Positions 35,871 through 44,039 of a stretch of DNA of 64,000 nucleotides are shown in pieces. This stretch comes from an uncultured Pseudomonadota bacterium (GTDB lineage: Bacteria; Pseudomonadota; Alphaproteobacteria; Rs-D84). The DNA is taken from assembly GCA_902795435.1 (NCBI GenBank), contig CADBLE010000006.1, positions 45,611 through 109,610 of the forward strand. Reading direction: 5' to 3'. The stretch's first letter is position 1. Each line of letters begins with the position of its first letter. Under the pieces are notes generated by a model. That model saw only the letters and a program-made list of their open reading frames with translations. It was not told where the DNA came from and ran no database searches. Both the position numbers and the translations under genes were made by a program.

Positions 35871-37196
35871 TTACATTTTTTCTTGTTTTTTCTTTATATC
35901 AAGAATTGTTTGAAACGTTCCTATCAAATCAGCTGTTTTCAAATCTTGTTGTAAATTTATTTGGGCTGTTGTTACATAGACATCTTTCTCTGTTGTATTT
36001 TTCTTTTTTGTATCCTCATCTACATTTAATTTATATCTATGTTTTTCCTGTACAGTTTCATCTGTTGCTGGGTATAGCAATATAGCTTTACCAGAATTAT
36101 GTAATTTACAATATGTAACTACCTGGAATATATCAGCATTGTCAAAATCACCGCGATCGCCTGACTTAAGTTTATATTTAGTATCAATAACTATTCCTGG
36201 TTTTTTCTTTTCTTTTTTAACAAACATATCAACAAATGTATTTGCATAATAATGTTGATTATCTGTGGATTCTAGTAATCTGCGTCCCTTTTGATACTGC
36301 ACATCATATATACCAATAGATTCACAATTTCGTTTTAAGAATTCAAATACAAATTCTTCAAATAAAAGATTCATATCCCAAATTAGTGCAATATTATCAA
36401 ACTGATGTTTTGACATATCCACAGAAGAATGTTCTAAAAACATCTTTGCCAAATTAAATGGCTGCGCAAAAACCTGCTGTGATCGATTTAATCGTATACG
36501 CTTTAAATCGTGTTTTGTAAAGTGTTTAAAAGATATATCAGAATATATGTTAATAATAAACTTTAATATTTTTTTATTGTGTGCATCTTGTGACACAGAT
36601 TGCAATCGTGTAGCAACATACAAAAACAATTGATTTAATTCTGTGTCTTCTGTGAAAGAATCAAATTCACAAAAGAACTTGGCTTTATTAGCTAAATTAT
36701 ACCTGATATTTTCAGCAATTTTTAATTTCCCTTTAAACGCAGACGTATTTTCTTCACAAATTTCATAATTTTTCGGGATAAAACGCTTAAGAGCATCAAA
36801 CAAACGATTTGCAAATACTCTGATTAGTGTTTCTATAAAAGGGTTTGGACACGATGTTATATTTGCAACTTCATTATCCTTGATATCCAGTTGTTTTGTA
36901 TAAGACAACATATATAACAAATTCTTTAAAATTTGTTCTCTTGAATCATTTTTACCCAGTAATTTTGGTAAAATTTCAAACTGAATATTCTTGTACTTTA
37001 TTACACCGACATAATGAGTTGGTTTAATATGAGCCCTATCAAAAGAAATTACATTATCCAAATTATTTCTTTCTAAAAAATGCTCTATATTTAATACAAA
37101 ATTATTATCATTCAAAAATTTTTCAGAGACAACAGTATCAGTTATCTCTGAAAAATTTAATTTTGTATGTTCAAAAAGTGGTATCGATACAAACAT
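35871..37196 (-). CDS. mcrC: McrC-like endonuclease subunit
   Basis: PD-(D/E)xK core GIVIDTKYKL...DIFQVVTYCKL near the C-terminus. Immediately downstream of the McrB-like GTPase (1-nt gap). Confidence 0.75.
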   Translation of the reverse strand: MFVSIPLFEHTKLNFSEITDTVVSEKFLNDNNFVLNIEHFLERNNLDNVISFDRAHIKPTHYVGVIKYKNIQFEILPKLLGKNDSREQILKNLLYMLSYTKQLDIKDNEVANITSCPNPFIETLIRVFANRLFDALKRFIPKNYEICEENTSAFKGKLKIAENIRYNLANKAKFFCEFDSFTEDTELNQLFLYVATRLQSVSQDAHNKKILKFIINIYSDISFKHFTKHDLKRIRLNRSQQVFAQPFNLAKMFLEHSSVDMSKHQFDNIALIWDMNLLFEEFVFEFLKRNCESIGIYDVQYQKGRRLLESTDNQHYYANTFVDMFVKKEKKKPGIVIDTKYKLKSGDRGDFDNADIFQVVTYCKLHNSGKAILLYPATDETVQEKHRYKLNVDEDTKKKNTTEKDVYVTTAQINLQQDLKTADLIGTFQTILDIKKKQEKM

Positions 37197-37197
37197 T

Positions 37198-39414
37198 TTA
37201 TGCTAACTTATTTACCATCTCAACAAACTTTTTATCACCTAGATTATCTGGATTATCTGGATTATCTTCAATAAATTTATAAAATGTTTCACCATTGCAA
37301 TATTCTTTGATATCTTTTGGTATATCGTCTATCGGTACTACAAAATCACCTAATACCATCTTGATTTTTTCCCAATCGCCATAAAAATATTCGTTTATTA
37401 ATGGCATAATTTCGTTAAACCATGCTTTTCTTACATCTTCCACAGATTGACATTTCATCAAAAAGCTGTGTCCAATCATATGATCTTCATCCAATAAAAT
37501 TTCTATCTTTTTATTCATTTTTTTGAAAATAGAATTTAATTGGATATCCTTTACATCTTTTACCAAATTATCTTCTGGTCTCATAGCACGGAAAGAAAAT
37601 CTGCGTCTTAATGCGATGTCCAGAGAAGCAATTGACCGATCAGACGTATTCATTGTACCTATGATATACAAGTTGGCTGGCACCCCAAAAGGTTTCTTAG
37701 AATACGGCAATGTAACATATAATGTTTCGTCCGCACCGATACGTTTAGTTGGTTCTAATAATGTTATCAATTCTCCAAATATTTTAGATATGTTACCACG
37801 ATTAATTTCATCTATAATTAACACGTATTTCTTGTCTTTATTAGATGATTCTTTGCCAGATATAAGTTTGTTCAAATACTCTGTGTTTATATTTGTATTG
37901 TATTCAGACGTTCCTTTTTTGCTTTCGTTATAAAAAGCATAAATAGACTGCATAGATAAATTTTTATTATAAATTGCTTTTATAGGAATATCTCCCTTGT
38001 ATAACCACTTAACTTTTCTAAAATTAGTGTAATCGATTTCTGTATCTGTTTTATATTCATATTTTCCTTTCACTTGTGCAATGGCTGCCACAGATGATTT
38101 ACCATCTGCAATCAAGACAATATCACCTGGTTTCATCCATAAGATAAAACGCTTCATAGCTTCCACAGAGAAATCATATTTATTATCAGATTTTACTTTT
38201 TTGATAATATCTTGTTTATTTTTTACCCCGCTAAAATCAATACCATTGCCATATCCATTAGCAATAACGTTATTTTCCATACAATATTTAAATATGTCAT
38301 TGTCCGTTCCCTGACCTAAAGACATCTTGAATATGCGTGTCTTGGTAAAATCTATACTTTCTCCATGCAAAGAAATTGTTTCCGCACCAGCTCGCTTTGC
38401 TATCCGTTTGAAAATACCGTCTTCTATTTTGTATTGCAAATCAGATTGTTCTTCCGATTCCTGCATCACCGGTTTTATACCCTCAACAAATTCTTCATAT
38501 GAAGTCGATGGATGAAAGGTAACAAATTCTATCTGTCCCTGGTCTTTTAATTTATTAAATTCAGCCAAATATTCTTTATATTGTTCTTTTCGTTCTTGCA
38601 AATCATTAGATAATTTATATGTTTTACCAGTTATTATTTCCAATGCTTTGATAACCGTGTTATATGTTTTGCCCGTCCCCGGTGCACCATATAAAATTTG
38701 ATTTAATGGTATATCTGATCCCGAACCATTATTTTTTTGTTGTTTTGTTGTTTTATCTGAATCTTCTGCTTGTGAATTTTCTATTGTTGAATTCAATTCA
38801 TCGACTTCTTTTTTATAATTTTTTAAATTTTCTATTATTTGTCCCATCATATTTCCATTTTCTTGTATTTGTATTGTTTCACAATATTTATCTTCCATTT
38901 TGGCATTATCCCATATACCAACAGACAATGTGCCGTTTTCAAATCTTATAAACAAAGCATTATCGTTATTATCTTTTGAGGTCCAAACGTTATAAATCTT
39001 AGGAATTACCGTGTTTTTATACAAAACTGTTTTTTCTTGTTTATATTTATCCAACTTTACTTCTTTTGTTATACAATCACAAACATGTTCAAATTTGGTT
39101 TTAACATTTTCTTTGTCTGTAAGAAAGAATGGCCACAAGTTTTCGAATGTAATTTCTCTACCATTCAATAAGTCTTTTATTTGTTCTTCGTCTAAATTTT
39201 CATTATTTTCTAAATTATCAGCTAAATCATACCATGATGTTTTAAGTGGTCCGTCTTGTCCTTCATAGTTATTTCGTACTTCTTCAAAAACATTATTTTC
39301 AAGTTCATTTAATCTTTGTACTAAATCATTTTCACTTAAATCTTTCATTTCTTGTACTTCGTTGGTTTTTTCAGAAAGTTCTGCTATATATGTATTCAGT
39401 GTATCTGTATCCAT
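37198..39414 (-). CDS. mcrB: McrB-like AAA+ GTPase with novel N-terminal domain and an inserted domain between Walker A and B
   Basis: ILYGAPGTGKTY (Walker A), VTFHPSTSYEEFVEGIKP, YVLIIDEINRGNISKIFGELITLLE (Walker B / McrB signature), IIGTMNTSDRS, LRRRF. About 170 aa lie between IEDGIFKRIAKRA and the Walker B. Confidence 0.8.
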   Translation of the reverse strand: MDTDTLNTYIAELSEKTNEVQEMKDLSENDLVQRLNELENNVFEEVRNNYEGQDGPLKTSWYDLADNLENNENLDEEQIKDLLNGREITFENLWPFFLTDKENVKTKFEHVCDCITKEVKLDKYKQEKTVLYKNTVIPKIYNVWTSKDNNDNALFIRFENGTLSVGIWDNAKMEDKYCETIQIQENGNMMGQIIENLKNYKKEVDELNSTIENSQAEDSDKTTKQQKNNGSGSDIPLNQILYGAPGTGKTYNTVIKALEIITGKTYKLSNDLQERKEQYKEYLAEFNKLKDQGQIEFVTFHPSTSYEEFVEGIKPVMQESEEQSDLQYKIEDGIFKRIAKRAGAETISLHGESIDFTKTRIFKMSLGQGTDNDIFKYCMENNVIANGYGNGIDFSGVKNKQDIIKKVKSDNKYDFSVEAMKRFILWMKPGDIVLIADGKSSVAAIAQVKGKYEYKTDTEIDYTNFRKVKWLYKGDIPIKAIYNKNLSMQSIYAFYNESKKGTSEYNTNINTEYLNKLISGKESSNKDKKYVLIIDEINRGNISKIFGELITLLEPTKRIGADETLYVTLPYSKKPFGVPANLYIIGTMNTSDRSIASLDIALRRRFSFRAMRPEDNLVKDVKDIQLNSIFKKMNKKIEILLDEDHMIGHSFLMKCQSVEDVRKAWFNEIMPLINEYFYGDWEKIKMVLGDFVVPIDDIPKDIKEYCNGETFYKFIEDNPDNPDNLGDKKFVEMVNKLA

Positions 39415-39504
39415 TATTATTACTCCTTATGTGAAGATTATCTCATTTATTGAAATGAAAAACAAGCAAAACCATACTATTACCCCACCATAGTTATCAT
39501 TATA

Positions 39505-39533
39505 TTGATTTTATTTCGGTGGTTTGTTATACT
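39505..39533 (+). promoter_or_regulatory. Sigma70-like promoter of metK (TTGATT, 17 nt, TATACT)
   Basis: TTGATT at 39505-39510 and TATACT at 39528-39533. Implies a leader of about 175 nt. Confidence 0.45.
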
Positions 39534-39539
39534 ATTCTT

Positions 39540-39713
39540 AATCAAGGTGGATTTAACCTGACTTGTCCTACCTCTAAATGGACTAAACAAGGAGTTGTTA
39601 TATGCAAATTTTCCTATACTTTATGCCGCATTTTGCACAGTGCTTTTGCACCTGTGTTGGTAGCTACATGAATCCACCTTTGGTTCTTATTGCAAAAACC
39701 AAAGGAGTGAATT
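39540..39713 (+). promoter_or_regulatory. Structured metK leader (candidate riboswitch or leader-peptide control region)
   Basis: 10-bp long-range pairing AAGGTGGATT (39544-39553) with AATCCACCTT (39671-39680). 9-bp hairpin CCTTTGGTT (39677-39685) with AACCAAAGG (39697-39705) that buries the metK SD. The two structures compete for CCTT. An SD-preceded uORF lies at 39602-39757. Confidence 0.4.
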
Positions 39714-40727
39714 ATGCAAAGAACAGCAGAAGCGGTGTCGCTTGGACACCCAGATAAAGTCGCCGATTACATTTCCAGTTACATTTTAGACCGTATGATT
39801 GAACAAGATAAAAATGTTCGTTATGCGGTAGAGGTTATGATAAAAGATAACACTATCGTTTTAGGTGGTGAAATAACCAGCACCGCAACACTAAACAATG
39901 CAACTGAATATGTCAAATGTGCACTGGCTGAAATCTGTTACGATAATAGATATGCTGATATCTGGGGCAAATATGCCATTGAACCAGATAAAATCAAAGT
40001 TATAAATATAATTGGTATCCAATCACCTGAAATATCACAAGGTGTTGATAATAACGGCTGGGGTGACCAAGGTGTTTTTGTTGGCTATGCCTGTCAAGGC
40101 GAAGGCAAGATAAATCGGGAATTATTCCTAGCAAAAAAACTGAATAAAGCCCTGTATGATAAAGCCCGTAGTTCTCACAATCTTGGCATAGATATCAAGA
40201 CACAAATCACATTGAACGACGATAAGATAGAAACGGCTATTGTGGCAATACCAATGCTGCACGATGAAGATTTGACGGATTTTGTGATTTCTGTCCTGGG
40301 CGAAAAGCCAGCGAACATTATCATAAATGGCACCGGACGTTATACATATCATGGTTCCATCGCTGATTGTGGCATTACGGGACGAAAATTGGCCTGTGAT
40401 TTTTATTCCACCGCCGCCCCGATTGGTGGTGGCTCTCCATGGACAAAGGATGCCAGCAAGGCAGATTTGACCCTTAATATCTATGCCCGTATCTTAGCAT
40501 GCGAAAACTTGGCCGACAATGACGAATGTTTTGTTTACCTGTCTTCGTGCATTGGGCGTAGCGAATTACCAAGTGGTCTGATAAAAACTATAAAAAACGG
40601 CATTGTTTCTTATCACGATTTATGGTGCAATCAGAAACCAAGTAACCTGATAAAAGCATACGGGTTGGATAAACCGATTTATACCAAACTTTGTCTGAAA
40701 GGAATCTCTGGCATTTTACCAGAATAA
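39714..40727 (+). CDS. metK: S-adenosylmethionine synthetase, short divergent form (337 aa)
   Basis: SLGHPDKVADYIS (GHPDK), GDQGVFVGYA, ITGRKLACDFY, GGGSPWTKDASKADL. The order matches MetK, but several signatures are degenerate and the protein is shorter than usual. Confidence 0.8.
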   Translation: MQRTAEAVSLGHPDKVADYISSYILDRMIEQDKNVRYAVEVMIKDNTIVLGGEITSTATLNNATEYVKCALAEICYDNRYADIWGKYAIEPDKIKVINIIGIQSPEISQGVDNNGWGDQGVFVGYACQGEGKINRELFLAKKLNKALYDKARSSHNLGIDIKTQITLNDDKIETAIVAIPMLHDEDLTDFVISVLGEKPANIIINGTGRYTYHGSIADCGITGRKLACDFYSTAAPIGGGSPWTKDASKADLTLNIYARILACENLADNDECFVYLSSCIGRSELPSGLIKTIKNGIVSYHDLWCNQKPSNLIKAYGLDKPIYTKLCLKGISGILPE

Positions 40728-40754
40728 AAAAGGTGCCGATTGGCACCTTTTCTT
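40728..40754. terminator. Bidirectional rho-independent terminator between convergent metK and the SEDS gene
   Basis: AGGTGCC / GGCACCT stem flanked by an A-run and a T-run. Confidence 0.7.
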
Positions 40755-41801
40755 TTATTTCTTGTTTGTTGCGAATACAAAACCGAACAACATACACCAC
40801 ATCATATACATTGAAGCATAAAAACCAATAAATGGCCAATTTGCAGACGCAGACACCAAACCAAATGCCATTACAAATGATACAAATAAACATGTCGCAA
40901 ACAAAGTCAATGTTCCAATGGTTACATTTTTGCTGAATTTATCAGTAGTGTTTTTAATCATACCGGAAAGTTTTGCCAAAATACATCCATATAACCCCAA
41001 TATCAATAAACCAAACAACAAACCAAATTTAGCAATTATGCTGGTAACCATAAAATCATTGATTGAACCAGGTAATCTTGACAACGCACTTAAAGATTGT
41101 GTTGTATTACCGATAATAGCACTGTGTGTGATTGCATTTAACGACATTTGTGTAGCGTAATTACCAAAATTTAATATTCTGTATTGAACATGTGGCATAA
41201 CCAAAGCAGATATTACAAAAGCACCCAACACAATCAACATTCCGATATAGAAAAACTTTGGTTTAATTCTGTGTGATGCAACAACCATTATTCCGAACAG
41301 CAACAAATAAAGTTCTGCCATAAATACATACGGTGCCAAAAATGCGATAGTTGCGATAAACAATGTTATCAAGAACCCAACAGGCATTGCCCATTTATTA
41401 TTTTCATCAGACAGCCATTTTGACAGCAAAACAATATACGCCGGCAACATTAATGTAAAAGGATTTATCATTGTGCCAAACAAAAACACATAACGCGAAG
41501 AACCTGCAACATAATGTGGCGACACAGCAGTCATCAAAATTAAAATCAAAGAGATTATTCCGACAGCCCAACTGGTTGTGAATACAATTTTTTTAGACAT
41601 GCGACTGCACAACAACATAACCAGGAACCCCATTAACACAATTTGCCAATATCTGTGGAATAAAATATTTCTGCCCAATCTGGTTATTGTATATGGTGCG
41701 ACAAAATACATTGCTATAACACCGATAACCATCAAAGAACAAACAGAAAACCACAATAAATTATTGTCTGTTTTTAACCAATTTTTTAATTTTGATAACA
41801 T
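40755..41801 (-). CDS. SEDS-family (FtsW/RodA-like) polytopic membrane protein, divergent
   Basis: About 10 TM helices. GSSRYVFLFGTMINPFTLMLPAYIVLL aligns with Ga.RWi.lg..iQPSEf.K. LPGSINDFMVTSIIAKFG aligns with LPe.htDFIf..igEE.G. The C-terminal PFIGFYASM stands in place of PfiSYGGSS. Confidence 0.6.
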   Translation of the reverse strand: MLSKLKNWLKTDNNLLWFSVCSLMVIGVIAMYFVAPYTITRLGRNILFHRYWQIVLMGFLVMLLCSRMSKKIVFTTSWAVGIISLILILMTAVSPHYVAGSSRYVFLFGTMINPFTLMLPAYIVLLSKWLSDENNKWAMPVGFLITLFIATIAFLAPYVFMAELYLLLFGIMVVASHRIKPKFFYIGMLIVLGAFVISALVMPHVQYRILNFGNYATQMSLNAITHSAIIGNTTQSLSALSRLPGSINDFMVTSIIAKFGLLFGLLILGLYGCILAKLSGMIKNTTDKFSKNVTIGTLTLFATCLFVSFVMAFGLVSASANWPFIGFYASMYMMWCMLFGFVFATNKK

Positions 41802-41944
41802 ATTTTCCCCCTTTTGTTTTGAAAAAACTATACATTAAATTTTTGTATTTTCAAGACCACGAGAGAAATATTTTTATCCATATACAAAAAACCGCTGAAC
41901 AATGTATCCAGCGGTTAAATGTGTCTTGTTTTGTTTAAAACAAT

Positions 41945-43285
41945 TTATCTTTGACGCTGTGGCGCGCAATAAATTAATTCAAGACCAGTTGCGGTTCCAC
42001 TGTCGTTTGTGCGGTCTGTACCACCAAAACAGAACGTAAATGAAACCCTGTCAGAATTTGTATAATCTTCCCTGTATCCGTTACCCACAACTTCTACTTT
42101 ACCATATAAGTCTAAGAAATTACTCCTTGAAAGATTGGTTTTAAAACCATTGTTTTCGTTTTCTTCGTATGAACCAACCATGGCGAACAAACTGTTTGGC
42201 AAAATGGTTTCCATGTATTCATTTTCAACTTTATCTGTATGTATAAATTGCCATTGTGATGGAACAATATTTGCAGAATCAGTCATATATGAATATAAAT
42301 AACCAGGTGTTTTAATAATTGTGACGGTATACCAATTTTTGAAAGGCATCACAATTGTTTCGTTTTTTGCCTCATCGATAACATATCTGGCAGAATCTTT
42401 ACCCGTGCTGAGCAACAATTGTTCACTATCGCCACCCGGCCCACGTCTTTTAACATTTGCGAATGCAGTTAAATTCATTGATGTAGCAGGACAATTGTAA
42501 ACACTTGTTCTTGTTTCATCTTCCATATTTGGTGCTGAATACATTTGTGTTTCAGATTGGGTGCCATCTGTATATGTAAACGTTCCAAAATCAGAATGTT
42601 GCAACCCCTGTTGTGCACCTTTGGAATTAAATTGAACTGAGAAAGGATTATTTTGTGTAAATGTTCCAGAACGACCAGTATAAATATTTGCCCAAATACT
42701 GTCTGCATACGCTGTTTCATTCGGATTTCTCTGCAAAATAAAACTTCTTGCAACATCCGCTCTTTGTGCAGATGTAAGATTTTCTAAATTATTTACTTCA
42801 GATGCAGGGATATCTTCAATAGACCATGTGCGTGTTTCATTATTTTGTGTTTGATAAGAAGCAGTATAAGTCCATGTTGGTTCTGAAATAAAATGTGCGG
42901 TTCCATTTACAGATTGGTTATCTGTTCTGGTAAAATTCAAAGGATATAAAATATCTGTGCTTTTTTGTGCAACATCACGAACCTCTGTCATTTTATTGAC
43001 ATCACCATTTGCTGTTGAAAAATAAATCTGATGATTATCTTCCCTTGGTTGATAAAATTTTACATTTTCGATATTTGGAACATGTTTCATAAAAGAATCA
43101 ACCGGCATATCATTGAAAGGTGCATCATAAGAGAAAGATGTGTTTGGGTATTTTGATGGGTTTTCTGGTTCATTTATTTGCTGTTTGCAAGCAGGCATCA
43201 ACCCAATCAGCCCAGCCAACAATAATACTTTATTTTTTTTTGATTTAATTTTGTCAAAACCAAACAAGTTTTTTATATTTTTCAT
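41945..43285 (-). CDS. Putative lipoprotein / secreted protein (446 aa)
   Basis: N-terminal basic region plus hydrophobic stretch ending LIGLMPAC (lipobox-like Cys). The remainder is unassigned. Confidence 0.6.
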   Translation of the reverse strand: MKNIKNLFGFDKIKSKKNKVLLLAGLIGLMPACKQQINEPENPSKYPNTSFSYDAPFNDMPVDSFMKHVPNIENVKFYQPREDNHQIYFSTANGDVNKMTEVRDVAQKSTDILYPLNFTRTDNQSVNGTAHFISEPTWTYTASYQTQNNETRTWSIEDIPASEVNNLENLTSAQRADVARSFILQRNPNETAYADSIWANIYTGRSGTFTQNNPFSVQFNSKGAQQGLQHSDFGTFTYTDGTQSETQMYSAPNMEDETRTSVYNCPATSMNLTAFANVKRRGPGGDSEQLLLSTGKDSARYVIDEAKNETIVMPFKNWYTVTIIKTPGYLYSYMTDSANIVPSQWQFIHTDKVENEYMETILPNSLFAMVGSYEENENNGFKTNLSRSNFLDLYGKVEVVGNGYREDYTNSDRVSFTFCFGGTDRTNDSGTATGLELIYCAPQRQR

Positions 43286-43424
43286 ATCTTGTCCTTTCGT
43301 TGTTATTTATACTAAAAATGTGGCACAAAAAGATTACCTTGTCAACAATATATTTGAGCATGTAAAAAATTGGTCATATCCCTATAATTTTTATGGTATA
43401 ATACCAATTTAGAGAGAGAATATC

Positions 43425-44039
43425 ATGGCATTTATTATATTTGATACAGAATACACATCATGGCGCGGATGTCAGGAACACGGTTGGCGTGGTTCACAAA
43501 AGCGTGAAATTGTACAAATTGCCGCTATCAAGGTATCTGATGATTTAAGAGTTATTGGGACATTGAACATTTTATGCAAACCAATTATAAACCCTGTTTT
43601 GTCAGATTATTTTGTAAATTTAACAGGAATCACAAATTCTGCAATTAAATCACGTGGAATAAAATTCCAAAATGCCTATAAGAAATTCAAACAATTTGTT
43701 GGCGATTACCCTTGCCTGTCACATGGATTTGGTGGCAAATGGTTGGATAAATGCGATGGAGAAATTATTATTGAAAATATGAAACTGTATAAAATGCCAA
43801 TAGATAACGATATAAAATATTTCAATATATCCGCATGGTTATTGCCAAATTATAAAAAAGCGAGATTACGCGAATACCCAAAAAATTCGGGTCATATTGC
43901 AAAGGCATTGGGTATGGATTCATACATAAAAAATTTGGGCATAGATGAACACAATGCCCTGTATGATTCTTATTCTATTTTAATGGGAATAAAATATTTC
44001 CGCAAAGACATAAAATCATTATTGAAAAATATGAAATAA
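43425..44039 (+). CDS. DEDDh 3-prime to 5-prime exonuclease (KapD/ERI-1-like)
   Basis: FIIFDTEYTSW (Exo I, DxE), EIVQIAAIKV, HNALYDSYS (Exo III, H-x4-D). Confidence 0.75.
   Translation: MAFIIFDTEYTSWRGCQEHGWRGSQKREIVQIAAIKVSDDLRVIGTLNILCKPIINPVLSDYFVNLTGITNSAIKSRGIKFQNAYKKFKQFVGDYPCLSHGFGGKWLDKCDGEIIIENMKLYKMPIDNDIKYFNISAWLLPNYKKARLREYPKNSGHIAKALGMDSYIKNLGIDEHNALYDSYSILMGIKYFRKDIKSLLKNMK

Noticed and set aside
39540-39713. SAM-I (S-box) riboswitch upstream of metK
   Set aside because: TTCTTAATCAAGGTGGA superficially resembles the S-box start CTTATCAAGAG.GG.GGA. But I cannot find the conserved GCAACC / GGTGCTAA segments or a four-way junction. Only a generic structured leader is claimed.
40588-40893. 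ORF 40588..40893(-), spanning the metK 3-prime end, the terminator and the SEDS 3-prime end
   Set aside because: It crosses a strong bidirectional terminator and overlaps two well-supported genes. Spurious.
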